A stretch of 64,000 bases of DNA from Spirochaetota bacterium (GTDB lineage: Bacteria > Spirochaetota > UBA4802 > UBA5550): positions 64,001-128,000 of the forward strand of contig OY760686.1 in assembly GCA_963663865.1 (NCBI GenBank), written 5' to 3'. Below the pieces are notes generated by a model. It worked only from the letters and a program-made list of their open reading frames with translations. It was not told the DNA's origin and did not search any database. Positions 8,873 through 20,600 of this stretch are shown here, in pieces. The position numbers and the translations under genes are program-made. Numbering within the stretch: position 1 is the stretch's first letter; every line of letters starts with the position of its first letter.

Positions 8873-9424
8873 TTATTTTAGAAATTTTGACACAAAGGGT
8901 GACGTTTCCCCTCTCCTCATAAAGTGTCCTGAAGGTCCCTCTCCAAGAAACTCGGAAAACCACGATTCATGCTCAATCTCTTCGTTCAGTATCGCCAGTG
9001 CGAGATCATATGTCCTGTGGTCCTTGCCGGCTGTTAAATCGCATATATGCGAATAGCCTCTGACTGCGCACCTTTCCGCTTCGACTAGAACTCTCAACAT
9101 ATCTTTTACATTCTGAGGATTTTTTGGAAGATTTGCCGGCGGGCAGGCCGAAAGATCGTGAAATTCTTTCATGCAATCGGGCAGGTTTCCACCAAGCTCG
9201 TATATGCGTGGAACAAGAGCTTCAAAATGATTCCGGTCTTCCACTCTTGCGACCTCGGCAATTTCCTTAATGCCCTCTCCCTCAAGCCCAATTAAGTTCA
9301 CCCTCAAGATAGTGTAATAGTAGTAGGTGGTTAATTCAGCGGAAGCATTTTTCACTAAAAGTTGAAGCAACTCCTTAAGGTCAACTCCGGCTTTCTCAAC
9401 AACATCTCGCGCTACCTTTGCCAT
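8873..9424 (-). CDS. dps: Dps-like (DPSL) ferritin-superfamily protein
   Basis: AELTTYYYYT, EDRNHFE, SACP, EAERCA, EEIEHE: ferroxidase ligands plus a Cys pair. Confidence 0.9.
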   Translation of the reverse strand: MAKVARDVVEKAGVDLKELLQLLVKNASAELTTYYYYTILRVNLIGLEGEGIKEIAEVARVEDRNHFEALVPRIYELGGNLPDCMKEFHDLSACPPANLPKNPQNVKDMLRVLVEAERCAVRGYSHICDLTAGKDHRTYDLALAILNEEIEHESWFSEFLGEGPSGHFMRRGETSPFVSKFLK

Positions 9425-9648
9425 ACGACCCTCCTCCCTGACAATATTTTGTTCATACCCAAATGAAGGTTACTATTAAACCAGGATTAAATCAAATTAT
9501 CTGGAACTTATTATTTGAATTTTATCTCAGTTTATCCTTTACATCTCCACTCAATAACATGTATGATTTTGAGCTTCTACCGTGAATAAAACCTTTTACT
9601 TGAAAAATAAGTCCTGTGATTATATTACTTTTTTCATGGAGCGCACGA

Positions 9649-12600
9649 TTGCACAGAATTACTGAATTCTTCCTGAAACACAGCATGTTAGTGAATGTGC
9701 TTGTCGTTGCCGTAATAGGCCTCGGCATTAAGAGTCTTCTTGAAATAAAAAAAGAGGGCTTTCCGGAGATATCGCTCAACAGGGTCATTATACAGACCGT
9801 CTATCCGGGCGCTGCCGCGTCTGACGTTGAACGTAACGTTACGCTCCGCATTGAAGAGGCCCTTGAAGAGGTAGAGGGCATAAAGGAGGTGCTTTCCGTT
9901 TCCGACGAAAGCATCTCCCGAATAGAGGTTCACGCGGACGACAGCGCCTCAGCCGTGGAATTCAAAAAGCTTTACGACGATGTCGATTCCGCGCTCTCTT
10001 CTATTGATGATCTCCCATCCGATATTGAAAACAAGCCGTCAATCAGCGAATTCACCTCTTCGGATATACCGATTATGGAGATCGCCCTAACCGGCGAATT
10101 CAGCGTTTTAAAGCCCTTTGCCGACAGGCTTGGAAACCAGATCCGGAAGCTCCCCGGGGTTGGCGGTGTCACGGTTGTCGGGCTGCCCGACGAGGAATTC
10201 CAGGTGCTCGTCGACCCTGCGAGAGCAGCGGCCTCCAGGGTCGATCTCAGGATGATTTACAACGCCCTGAGCCGCAGAAACGTCGAAGGCTCGGGCGGAA
10301 CCCTCAACTCACCGAAGGGGGAAAAGAAGGTTGTATTCCAGGACAAGTACGCAAAAGCCACGGACGCGGCTGAAACCCTCATTCTCAGTAACACGGACGG
10401 ATTCGGCGTCAGGCTCAGCGACGTCGCGGAGATACGAAAGGCTCCCGAGGACATGGGCCTGATAGTGAGAAGCAACGGCAAGAGGGGCGCCGCCCTCTCT
10501 GTCAGGAAAACCGGCTCAAGCGACCTTTTAAAGACGGTTGACTCAATAAACAAACTGCTTAGCGCCACAGAGCTTCCCGATGGCGCCGGAATGAAGGTGA
10601 TACTCGACCAGTCCCGCCTTACCCGTGACAGGCTGAGCCTGCTGGCAGGAAACGCCGTAATCGGATTCCTGCTCGTTGCCGCCGTGCTCTTTCTGATATT
10701 CAACTTCAAGACAGCCCTCTGGACTGCATTCGGCATACCCTTCTCTCTTCTGGGGATGTTCATCTTCCTTAAGATTACAGGGATGTCTCTCAATCTGATA
10801 TCCCTCGGCGGCTTTATTATCATCATCGGGATGCTTGTCGATGACGCAATTGTCGTTTCAGAAGAGTTCAACAGCAACCGCGAATCCGGGCTGTCCCCTC
10901 ACGAGTCCGCCGTTATGGCGGTTAAAAGGATGTGGCTTCCTGTCGCGGCTTCCTGCCTGACTACTATTGTGGCTTTTTCTCCCATTTTCGCGGTGGGCGG
11001 ATTCCCCGGAAAGTTCATCTGGGCAATCCCGCTGATGGTCATTGTCGGCCTATCAATCTCGCTGATTGAAAGCTACGTTATTCTTCCCGTTCACCTGACC
11101 CATGGCAGGCACAGGGCTTCCTCATCCAAACACAGCTATGTAGTAAAGCTGGAGGCCGTCTACAAAAGGGCGCTCTCCAGGGCAATTCGGCTGAGGTTCC
11201 CTGTCCTGGGCGCGGCGCTGCTGCTGCTTTTCGCCTCATTCATTGTGCTCGGCAAAGTCGTCAAGAAAGACCCGTTCCCGCAGGACGCCGCCGAAGGCTT
11301 CAGTGTAACCCTTACACTTCCGCCGGGAAGCTCAGCCGCCCGGACTGAGAGGGCAACCGCTGAAATAGAGAGCCTTATCCTCGGGCTTGGAGAAAATGAG
11401 CTTGTAGGTCTGAGTACCCGGATTGGGACGCACAGCCTGCTGAGCGCCACGGAACGCGGCACTCAGAACAATCTCGCGGCCATTTTCGTCTACCTGACGC
11501 CCTACTCGAAAAGGGACCGTACCGCAGATGAGCTCATTACCCACGTAACCGCCGGCATGAAGGCCCTTGAGCCGCTCAGAAAATCTGACTTTAAGGTTGA
11601 GCTGACCCGCCTTGGCCCGCCCATGGGCAAGCCTTTCGAAATACGAGTAATATCCAACGATGACGCACTCAGAAGAAAGCGTGTTGAGGAAATAACTTCA
11701 TTCCTTTCACAGGTTCCTGGCGTCTACGACATTGAAGACGACGAGCTTGAGGGGAAAAACGAGTTGGCGCTGAATATCGACCACGCCACTCTTGCCCGCA
11801 CCGGCCTCACTTCGCAGGACGTCATAACGGCGCTGCGTTTGGCCTTTGACGGCATGAAAGCTACTGACATAACGACACTTGAGGGTACGACTGAGTTCAG
11901 GGTCATGCTGAACGACAAAGCCCGCGCAAACACCCGTTTCCTCGAAACTCTGCCCATAGCCAACAGCAGAGGCAACCTGATAAACCTCTCAATGTTCACT
12001 GCACTTTCAGAGAAGCCATCCTTTGCCGGGATAAGGCACATAGACGGCGACAGGGCAACAACTGTTTCCGGAAGCGCTGTCCTCAAGACCATATCGCCCG
12101 TCGAGGTCATGAATATAGTCAGAGGCAAATTCCCCTCGGACGACAAAGCGAGAATTGATTACTCCGGTCAGCCCGTAGAGACCGAAAAGATAATGGCCGG
12201 CCTATCATCAGCCGCGATAGCCGCGCTGCTTGGCATATTTCTTCTCATGGCGCTGATACTCAACTCTTTCAAGAGGCCCCTGGTAATCATGTCGGCGATC
12301 CCCTTCCTCGCGGTAGGCTTTGCCTTCGTTCTTGTTACGCACGGCATCCCCGCTTCAATGATGACCGGAGTCGCCATGGTCGGACTCATGGGCGTTATTG
12401 TGAACAACTCAATCGTTATGGTACACACCATCAGGGGTGAGGCCGGCAGCATTATCACCGAAAATGCCATTATCAACGGAGCTGTACAGAGGCTGAGGCC
12501 AGTACTGCTCACTACCATAACCACTGTTCTCGGGGTCCTTCCTACCGGCTACGGCATCGGAGGTTCAGATCCGTTCCTTTCGCACATGTCTCTTGCCATG

Positions 12601-12696
12601 GCCTACGGGCTTCTCTTCGGCACGCTGATTACCCTTTTCGCGGTGCCCATACTGCTGAGAATCGGCCTGGATATCGGGAAAATCCGGCAGGCGTGA
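9649..12696 (+). CDS. AcrB/AcrD/AcrF family RND transporter permease
   Basis: YPGA motif, GMLVDDAIVV, RLRPVLLTTITT; two-fold repeat topology; TTG start after GGAG. Confidence 0.93.
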   Translation: MHRITEFFLKHSMLVNVLVVAVIGLGIKSLLEIKKEGFPEISLNRVIIQTVYPGAAASDVERNVTLRIEEALEEVEGIKEVLSVSDESISRIEVHADDSASAVEFKKLYDDVDSALSSIDDLPSDIENKPSISEFTSSDIPIMEIALTGEFSVLKPFADRLGNQIRKLPGVGGVTVVGLPDEEFQVLVDPARAAASRVDLRMIYNALSRRNVEGSGGTLNSPKGEKKVVFQDKYAKATDAAETLILSNTDGFGVRLSDVAEIRKAPEDMGLIVRSNGKRGAALSVRKTGSSDLLKTVDSINKLLSATELPDGAGMKVILDQSRLTRDRLSLLAGNAVIGFLLVAAVLFLIFNFKTALWTAFGIPFSLLGMFIFLKITGMSLNLISLGGFIIIIGMLVDDAIVVSEEFNSNRESGLSPHESAVMAVKRMWLPVAASCLTTIVAFSPIFAVGGFPGKFIWAIPLMVIVGLSISLIESYVILPVHLTHGRHRASSSKHSYVVKLEAVYKRALSRAIRLRFPVLGAALLLLFASFIVLGKVVKKDPFPQDAAEGFSVTLTLPPGSSAARTERATAEIESLILGLGENELVGLSTRIGTHSLLSATERGTQNNLAAIFVYLTPYSKRDRTADELITHVTAGMKALEPLRKSDFKVELTRLGPPMGKPFEIRVISNDDALRRKRVEEITSFLSQVPGVYDIEDDELEGKNELALNIDHATLARTGLTSQDVITALRLAFDGMKATDITTLEGTTEFRVMLNDKARANTRFLETLPIANSRGNLINLSMFTALSEKPSFAGIRHIDGDRATTVSGSAVLKTISPVEVMNIVRGKFPSDDKARIDYSGQPVETEKIMAGLSSAAIAALLGIFLLMALILNSFKRPLVIMSAIPFLAVGFAFVLVTHGIPASMMTGVAMVGLMGVIVNNSIVMVHTIRGEAGSIITENAIINGAVQRLRPVLLTTITTVLGVLPTGYGIGGSDPFLSHMSLAMAYGLLFGTLITLFAVPILLRIGLDIGKIRQA

Positions 12697-12698
12697 AA

Positions 12699-13403
12699 TC
12701 AGAAAAGCCTGCCCGCGAGAAGCGGCACGGCTGTCTCAACGCGAAGTATGCGGCCGCCCAATGACACCGGGGTAAAACCTGCCGCCCGAAGCATATGGAC
12801 CTCGTAGGGGATGAAACCGCCCTCAGGCCCTATCGCAAGTGTCACCATTTCCTTTACGCCCCTGGGGCATTCTTCTTCGGCGGCGGGATGCGCGGCAAGG
12901 GCAAGCGTGCCCCCGGCTATTTCAGGAAGCTCATCTTCGACAAAGGGCTTAAAGCGTGTGCGGATATGAACCTCAGGAACCACAGTGTCCCGGCCCTGTT
13001 CAAGGCCCGCGATGAGGTGTTCAGCGACATGTGTTTCGTCAAGCACAGGGCTTCCCCAGTAACTCTTCTCAACGCGCCAGGTCTTGATAATATACATCTC
13101 CTTTACGCCCATTGCCGCGGCGTGCTGAAGAACACGCCCTAACACCTTGGGCCTCGGCATGGCAAGGATGAGCTTCATCGGGAGCGGCGCGGGAGGCTCC
13201 TCTGTCAGGTTGAGCTCAAGCTCAAGGGCTTTGGCATCAATACGCCTGACAAGCCCGCTTCCCATCGGACCGTTGATGAGCCCGGCCTTCAGCGTATCGC
13301 CCTCGGACGGTTTGATGCAGGTCAGGACATGTTCAAGTCTGCGCCCTCTGACGAGGGCAGTTGTTCCGCTGATGTCATCATCATACAGAAGAATAATGTT
13401 CAT
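12699..13403 (-). CDS. rsmE: 16S rRNA m3U1498 methyltransferase RsmE
   Basis: SPOUT motifs IGPEGGF and SLGGRILRVETA; GLEQGRDT. Confidence 0.92.
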   Translation of the reverse strand: MNIILLYDDDISGTTALVRGRRLEHVLTCIKPSEGDTLKAGLINGPMGSGLVRRIDAKALELELNLTEEPPAPLPMKLILAMPRPKVLGRVLQHAAAMGVKEMYIIKTWRVEKSYWGSPVLDETHVAEHLIAGLEQGRDTVVPEVHIRTRFKPFVEDELPEIAGGTLALAAHPAAEEECPRGVKEMVTLAIGPEGGFIPYEVHMLRAAGFTPVSLGGRILRVETAVPLLAGRLF

Positions 13404-13406
13404 ATC

Positions 13407-14426
13407 TTATGACACCCTTTTTCGCCGGATCATCATCCCCACCCTTAAAAAGAGACGTGAGATAAATGGCCTCCTCTTTTCTGTAATCCCACCTTTTAAA
13501 AAACCGTAAACCGCGGCTGCGGCCTCCGGACACCTGAGATAGCCGTAAAGCTTGTGGTGGTTCGGGACGCCTTCGTACTCATAGTTGTTCAGCACAATTC
13601 GGTCATCGGGAGCAATGCCGCTTGAATTGGGGATATAGTCTTCCTTCAGTCTGTAGATCATGGCGACTTTGTCGTCAAGATCGGAGAGGTTTATCCACCG
13701 GCCGGTAATGTTCCCGGGAACCGGGGCCTTTCTGTTTTTATAGGGATCCCGGCCCGCCGTCTGATTGTTCTTCTTGATAATTACGGGAAGCCCCAGCGGA
13801 GCGCCTGCCGTGATGAATGTATCGACTTTCAGCGACGGGTTCTGCATCATAACATCGTAGGATATTATCGTACCCATGGAGTGCGCAATCAGCATTATAC
13901 GTTTTCTGCGGTGTTTTCTGAGAGTCTGCTCAAGCCGCCCCTGAATATGTTTTTTCGCGGGGATACCCCTGTATTGTGGTACCGAGCTTTCACCGTTATA
14001 GTAAAGATGCATGTCGTAGTAAAGCTTTCGTATGATGATATCGGCAATGCGCCCGAAGTCGACAAATCCGTTGTTCCCTAAAAATATCCGGTCAAGTGCA
14101 TCATCAAGGAAGTCAAGAAATCTTCGTTTAAACTCACGGGGACGAAAACCCCGATAGGCCTCTGGATTGCCGGGAACATAGGGTTCCTCCATATAAAATT
14201 GGCTCTCAGGGTTTTTCTCGCCGGGGTGCTGAGGCCGCTCATAGAATATGTCAGCCCAGTAAACCGATTCAAATCTGAAACGGACATCAGGATATCCGGC
14301 GGAGGCCAGACCTTCCCTGATTGAGTCTATCCACCACCTTTTAAAAAGCCTCTCTTCCGGCTTATTGGCGAGTCCGTGTATACCGATGATGATCTTTCTT
14401 TGAAAGAGAGATTTGATAAGTTTCAT
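13407..14426 (-). CDS. Alpha/beta hydrolase fold protein
   Basis: IHGL, AHSMG nucleophile elbow, TAGAPLG, DxDDxVA, C-terminal HxxYGYL. Confidence 0.8.
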   Translation of the reverse strand: MKLIKSLFQRKIIIGIHGLANKPEERLFKRWWIDSIREGLASAGYPDVRFRFESVYWADIFYERPQHPGEKNPESQFYMEEPYVPGNPEAYRGFRPREFKRRFLDFLDDALDRIFLGNNGFVDFGRIADIIIRKLYYDMHLYYNGESSVPQYRGIPAKKHIQGRLEQTLRKHRRKRIMLIAHSMGTIISYDVMMQNPSLKVDTFITAGAPLGLPVIIKKNNQTAGRDPYKNRKAPVPGNITGRWINLSDLDDKVAMIYRLKEDYIPNSSGIAPDDRIVLNNYEYEGVPNHHKLYGYLRCPEAAAAVYGFLKGGITEKRRPFISRLFLRVGMMIRRKRVS

Positions 14427-15361
14427 GCGCTTGCGGCGTCCTTGCCCGGCGTAATGCCGAACATCCTTTTGTACTCCCTGTTAAACTGGGACGGGCTTTC
14501 ATATCCGACATGTATGGCTGCGTTGTAGGCGTTTATACCGTCCTCAAGCATGAGCATGCGCGCCTTATGAAGCCTGACGCTCTTTATGTACTGGAGCGGC
14601 GATATATTGGTCACAGCCTTGAAGCTGGCATGAAACGCGGAAATGCTCATTCCCGTTTCAGTAGCCAGAGAATTAAGATCAAGCCTCTTGTTGTAAGAAG
14701 TATGTATTTTATCGAGGATTCTCGCAATCTGGAAAAAGCGCTGATTTCTGTAAGCAAGGGCCCTCAGCGCGTCGCCATTCTCTCCGCAAAGGACTCTGTA
14801 GATTATTTCCCGCACAATCATGGGCCCCAGAAAGCCCGCGTCGGCTGGTGTAGACAAAGCCTCTAAAAGCCTGACTGCCGCGTCAGTCATCTGCCCGTTG
14901 AGCCGCGCGGAATACACTCCGCCCGGGAGTAAAATCTGACTCTGACGCGGACTGTCCATTGTCAGAAGAATTTCCGCTACCTCAGCTGCATCGACCCTGA
15001 TTTTCACCCCGAGCAGTGGTTTCGCCGGGTTTGCATCCGTATCACATTCAAGAGGAACCGGCACGGAAAGAACGAGGTAGTTCATAGGATCATATACATA
15101 GGCCTTATCGCCGATAAATATTCTCTTTTTCCCCTGTGCCAGAATTATTATCCCGGGCTCATAGCTTTGCGGCTTCCGGGTTGACGGTTCCGATATCCGG
15201 AACAGGTGCACTTTGCCGTCAACAAGCTCAACAAGCCCGTCTGCCGGAACAAGTTCTTCCAGGAGTTCAACCATTCTGTTTTCTGTCATTCTTTTGTCCA
15301 GTTCGGCAATACCATCCCTTCGGGGATGGTATTGCCTGTTATCTTCAGCATACCCTGACAT
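14423..15361 (-). CDS. AraC family regulator (YqhC-like, AraC_N plus HTH)
   Basis: YEPGIIILAQGKK, REIIYRVL, SPLQYIKSVRL, VGYESPSQFNREYKRMFG; divergent from flavodoxin and ADH genes; start uncertain. Confidence 0.92.
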   Translation of the reverse strand: MSGYAEDNRQYHPRRDGIAELDKRMTENRMVELLEELVPADGLVELVDGKVHLFRISEPSTRKPQSYEPGIIILAQGKKRIFIGDKAYVYDPMNYLVLSVPVPLECDTDANPAKPLLGVKIRVDAAEVAEILLTMDSPRQSQILLPGGVYSARLNGQMTDAAVRLLEALSTPADAGFLGPMIVREIIYRVLCGENGDALRALAYRNQRFFQIARILDKIHTSYNKRLDLNSLATETGMSISAFHASFKAVTNISPLQYIKSVRLHKARMLMLEDGINAYNAAIHVGYESPSQFNREYKRMFGITPGKDAASA

Positions 15362-15602
15362 TTTTCAAGTATTATAATAACCCAAATACATTTTTACAAC
15401 ATTTAAGCCTTATTTTTACCTTTTTCAACCCGGCCATGTAGAATCAGGCAATTTATAAGAGAATCTGATATTTACTTCTCCTCATCACGGCAGTAAATTC
15501 ACATTGTATAAACATTCCATAACAGGAGCAAATCATGGGAAAACTTCATTTTTCGGTTATTGTACTGACGGTATTTCCAATCAACACTTGCGAGGCAAAA
15601 AT

Positions 15603-16187
15603 ATGAAAAAATCAAACATCATTCTTTTGTCATTAATTACACTGTTTTTTTCCGCATCAACATTATTTTCTAAGGAGAACGCTTTGGAAGCACAGAACAA
15701 GAAGCAAAGGATACTCATCGTCTACTATTCATGGGGCGGTAACACGCAAAGCATAGCGCAGCAAATCCAGAAGACAACCGGAGGGGATATATTCGAAATT
15801 GAAACGGTTAAACCTTACTCAAGAGATTACCATACATGTACTCAGGAGGCGAAAATTGACCTTCAAAAGCAGGCACGCCCTGCTCTCAAAAAAGATAAGG
15901 TTGATATGACTAAATACGATATTGTTCTTCTCGGATATCCGAACTGGTGGTCTTCGATACCAATGCCTGTGGCTTCATTTCTGGAGAAAAACAACTTCTC
16001 CGGCAAGAGAGTAATTCCTTTCTGCAGCCATGGCGGCGGAGGGCTGGCAAAAACCGTCTCTGCGGTCAAGGCGCTTCTGCCCTCCGCTAATATTGGAGAA
16101 GCTCTTTCGGTCAGATCGTCTGGCGGCAGTTCGCTTCAGGGAGACATTGACGGATGGCTGCGCAAAAACGGACTTTCCGGTAAATAG
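15603..16187 (+). CDS. Flavodoxin with signal peptide
   Basis: YYSWGGNT, GYPNWW, PFCSHGGGG. Confidence 0.9.
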   Translation: MKKSNIILLSLITLFFSASTLFSKENALEAQNKKQRILIVYYSWGGNTQSIAQQIQKTTGGDIFEIETVKPYSRDYHTCTQEAKIDLQKQARPALKKDKVDMTKYDIVLLGYPNWWSSIPMPVASFLEKNNFSGKRVIPFCSHGGGGLAKTVSAVKALLPSANIGEALSVRSSGGSSLQGDIDGWLRKNGLSGK

Positions 16188-16277
16188 CTCTCCACAGCGA
16201 TTTGCAAATTAATGAATGATTATTTTGAATAAATCCAAATAGTCCCTGTTATAATACTCAAACAAAGGAGATCACAT

Positions 16278-17465
16278 ATGAACATTGAATTTCAGAACCC
16301 GACCCGCCTGATATTCGGAGCAGGCGGACTTAAAAAACTTGGCGAGGTGACCTCAACATGGGGCAAAAAGGCCCTTATAGTCACCGGAGGCGGCAGCGTA
16401 AAACGTAACGGCACATTTGACCGTGCAGTCGAAAGCCTCAAAGCCGCCGGAATTGACTATGCTGAATGCAGCGGGGTAGAACCCAATCCGAGAATCTCCT
16501 CGGTAAGGCGCGGAGCTGAAACAGCCCGCAAAGAAGGATGCGATGTTGTAATAGCTCTCGGAGGCGGAAGCGCGATGGATGCTTCGAAGGTCATGGCGGC
16601 TGCATTCTACTACGACGGCGACCCGTGGGACATGATACTGCATGGACAGCCCAGACCGCATGTACCGTCAAAAGCTCTACCTGTCATTACGGTCCCCACC
16701 CTCGCGGCAACCGGCTCAGAGATGAATATGGGCGCGGTAATATCCAACGAAGAGACACAGGAAAAATCTTTTGTTATGTCACCGTGCCTCTATCCGAAGA
16801 CCGCTCTGGTTGACCCGGAGCTGACATTAACGGTCCCGAAAGACCAGACAGCCTACGGCGTTTGCGACCTTATAACTCACGTTACGGAAGGGTACTTCAA
16901 CGGCGTTGACGGCACCCCGATCCAGGACAGGTTTGCGGAGGGGGTTATTCTCACCGCAATGGAATGGGGCCCGAAGGCCATCGCCGACGGCAACGACCTT
17001 GAAGCGCGCGCCCAGGTCCAGTGGGCTTCGATTGTCGCTCTCAATGGATGGGTAAACGCCGGCACCAATGGCGGTTCTCCAGTGCACATGATTGAGCACA
17101 CACTTTCAGCCTACCACGATATAACACACGCGGCCGGACTTGCGGTGATAAATCCCTCTTGGATGCGCTTCGCTGCCCGTCACAGGGCAGAGAAGTTTGT
17201 ACAGTTCGCTGAACGCGTGTTCGGCCTGAAGGCAAAAGGGAGTGACGATCTCGACTGCGCGCTTGAGGGCATTGACCGCTTCGAAGAATTTCTAAAAAGC
17301 ATCGGCTGCCCTACACATCTCTCAGAACTTAAGATTGACGACAGCCAGTTCAAGCGATACGCACAGGACACACTCCGCGTCATGCACGATGCGGACGGCA
17401 AACTCTTTGGACGCCCTCCGATGTCAGAAGAGGACATTATTGCGGTACTCCGAGCTGCGCTGTAA
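16278..17465 (+). CDS. Iron-containing alcohol/butanol dehydrogenase (YqhD/Bdh-like)
   Basis: GVEPNP, GGGSAMD, PTLAATGSE, HMIEH..HAAGL. Confidence 0.93.
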   Translation: MNIEFQNPTRLIFGAGGLKKLGEVTSTWGKKALIVTGGGSVKRNGTFDRAVESLKAAGIDYAECSGVEPNPRISSVRRGAETARKEGCDVVIALGGGSAMDASKVMAAAFYYDGDPWDMILHGQPRPHVPSKALPVITVPTLAATGSEMNMGAVISNEETQEKSFVMSPCLYPKTALVDPELTLTVPKDQTAYGVCDLITHVTEGYFNGVDGTPIQDRFAEGVILTAMEWGPKAIADGNDLEARAQVQWASIVALNGWVNAGTNGGSPVHMIEHTLSAYHDITHAAGLAVINPSWMRFAARHRAEKFVQFAERVFGLKAKGSDDLDCALEGIDRFEEFLKSIGCPTHLSELKIDDSQFKRYAQDTLRVMHDADGKLFGRPPMSEEDIIAVLRAAL

Positions 17466-17504
17466 TAGATTTGCCAATCTGACGGCGGTTTGCCCCCCCG
17501 CTGA

Positions 17505-17553
17505 TAGCGGGGGCTACAAATAGGGGGCTACAAACAGCGGGGGAGCTGCAAAA
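17505..17553. repeat. Three degenerate tandem copies of (TAGC)GGGGGCTACAAA
   Basis: TAGCGGGGGCTACAAA TAGGGGGCTACAAA CAGCGGGGGAGCTGCAAAA; first copy pairs with upstream CCCCCGCT. Confidence 0.6.
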
Positions 17554-17650
17554 GATTGCCTCGTCGATGGCAGATGAATATCAAAATGATTTGACCTCTT
17601 GAAACGATTCGAGTATATCACCCGGTTGCTAATCCAACAGGAGAATCCCC

Positions 17651-20600
17651 ATGAATATTCGAAGCCTGACCCTTTTGCTTTTAGCTGCCATGGCTATAAG
17701 CCTTACGTCCTGCAGCTGCTCGTCTGGTTCAGGCATAGACGATAAACCGGACTTGTCAACAACGGGAGGAATCGATAACCCGAACTGGGCCGAGACAGCC
17801 CTTACAGCCACTTCGCTCCCCCCGGCTCAGATTAACCCGGCGACAGCCAGCCAGTGCTGGATGTTCGCCAACACCATTCGCGCGAACGAGGCCTGGATTT
17901 TAAGCAGCGAAGAGCTCAGTTCATCTAAAGCGGCGGACCTCGCCAATGACATAGAGATGCGGGAAGACGGATGGCCGGCTAAACTGCCCGAAGGATGCTA
18001 CATGCGGCTCAGCAATGCCGGATATCCCACATCAGCTGATTCATCAACATGGCTTCACGGAGTCTGGGTCCTGACCTGGGAAGGCACCGGGTCTGTCGAG
18101 CTCCAGACATCAGTGAACAACGGAGAGGGCGAAACTACGCTGCTCTCAGAAGAAGGCCGTGTTATCAAGCTCATAACCACACCGCTCAAGTATCCGATTA
18201 TATTCGTCCATTCATCCGACCCAGGCGATCCGGTCCACAATGTATGCCTGTGGGCCCCTGAATATGACGGAGCAGGCCTGCACCTGACGGCATCATCCTC
18301 CCTTGAACCGGGACAGGTCGAGGGCAGCCTTGAGCCCGCTCCGGGAGAAACAGCGCCCCTCTTCCATCCTGCATATCTGGCCCACTTAAAAGAACCCGGC
18401 TCCGGGATTCCCCTGAGGATGATGGACTTCCTCAGGATCAACCTTGCCGAAGATGAGTGGCCGGACAGAAAGCTCAACTGGGACGACAGGGGGGACGCGT
18501 CATACAGCTTCTCGTCTCTTTCCGTGACCGACTCATCATGGACCCGGCACAATATATCGGGGTACCGGCAGACACTGGGCATGCCTTACGAGTGGCTGAT
18601 TGAGCTCTGCAACCAAACTGACAATGACCTGTGGATACAGGTCCCTCACACATGCTCGGAAGACCTCATCCGCGGACTTGCCAGGCTGATTGCCGGGAAG
18701 GAGTCTCATGAAGGTCTGAAAAGCACGCTGAGGGTGTGGTTCGAGTACTCAAACGAGATTTGGAACGGAGCCGGCGTCTATCTGCCTCAGTACAACTTCG
18801 CTGGATCGGTTGCCTCCGAAGAGTTCGGGGTTTCCGAATCGGAGCTCACGACTGCGCAGAGGGGATGGGCAGCCGGCTATCTTCAGGGCTGGGCTTTGGC
18901 GGTCTTTGAAAACGAGTGGGCTAAATGCGGGCAGACAGATGAGCGCCTGATCAATGTCGTCGCGGGCTTTGCCATGTCAGACGCCTACAACCTTGCGCAG
19001 ATACAGGCAGTAAAAGAGATCAACCCCTGCCTTCCGGAGACGCTCGCTATATCGAACTACTTCGGACACAGCGCCACATCCGAGATTTACGCTCTGCACG
19101 ACTGGGCCGCCTCTGACGGCATCAGCTGGCCTGAAAGCCTCATATCTCAAAGCAAGGCAGCACTCCAGAGAAACCTGTACGACACATACGCTTCATGGCA
19201 GGCCAACGCCCGGATGGCCTCGTCCGAAGGCGTTCATCTCGTGTCCTATGAAGGCGGACAGCACCTTACTCCGGTGGGCCTCGGACACAGCGACGACACT
19301 GACTTCCAGAAGTTCATGGGATTTCTGTCCATGCTTCAGACACACAGCGTCATGTATGAACTTTATACCGAGCATTACGCGCTATGGACAGCCGCAGGCG
19401 GTCGCACTGTAAGTCTTTTTGTGGATATCGGCCCGCACAGCTACTGGGGCTACTGGGGCGCGAAAAAGCTCGTCACGGATACAGCCGCCGACTCGGTCAA
19501 ATGGAAGTCCTTTATCGACTGGCTTGATACCATGCGGGGAGTCAGGGCGCTTAACGACGCGAAGGGCACATCTCCATCCCTGCCTGATGTCACGTTCAGG
19601 GCTGAAGCCGGCATTCCCTTCAGCGCTCAGATAACTCCCGAAAGCGGAGACGGAACTGTGACTGTTGAGCTTATCGGCGGAGAGCTTCCTGCGGGCATTA
19701 GCTTTATCAGCGGACAGGGATCGGCGTCCATCACAGGAACGCCGGCATCATCCTCATTTTCGAGATTCGCCGTTAGGGCGCTCGACGCTGATGGAGACCC
19801 CGACTACATGGTCTTCTCGTTGACTGTCGATCCTGCCGGCATGAGCGCCAATGCCATTGTCCGATTCAACGGTGAGGACATCCCATCCACCGTTCATGCA
19901 GACGGCTCTACCAATGGCAGGTACGACCCGTCGCGAGATTCTGAGTATATAGGAGAATACGGAGAGACACTCTGCGTTCCCTTTACAGTCGAAGAAGGAA
20001 CCTGGCTCTTCGGAGACGAGTACACTGACAGCTCTACGGCCGGCGGAGGCTTCATATCGCCGGAAAGCGGCTGCAACATGTACGGAGGATGGAGCGTCAC
20101 CCAGACATCAGGCCCATCCATTGAATCATGCCAGACATCGTACACATCACTCAGACAGAACAGGTTTATAAGCTGGAGCGGCGCCAACTTCGACGGCATC
20201 GGAGCGCCAACCGAGCTCAACGTATTCCTTGCATGGAAAAAAGAGCAGTTCAACTCCTTCACCGGCAGCGAGGTGTACGCCTTCGGGGACAGCCCGGAGA
20301 CATCGACTTTGAGGATTGACTTCACTGACCTGATAAGCGACGGCAGCAATGAGATCCGCTTCGCAGTCCTCAACCGGGAAAACGGCTCCGATGTATGGTA
20401 CGTATCAGAGGCCTCATACGATGAAAGCTACATCGGTGACGGCTATATTGAGGTAAGCGGCTTTAACGGCTCTTCGGAGGAAGGCAAGCGATGGGCCCCA
20501 ATTAGCCCCGAACCGTACTCCTTTGGAATCCCCGATTCCGATGAGCTGGCATTCGGCCCGAAGAGCTTTGACGACATTCAGGCCGTAGGGATAATGTACA

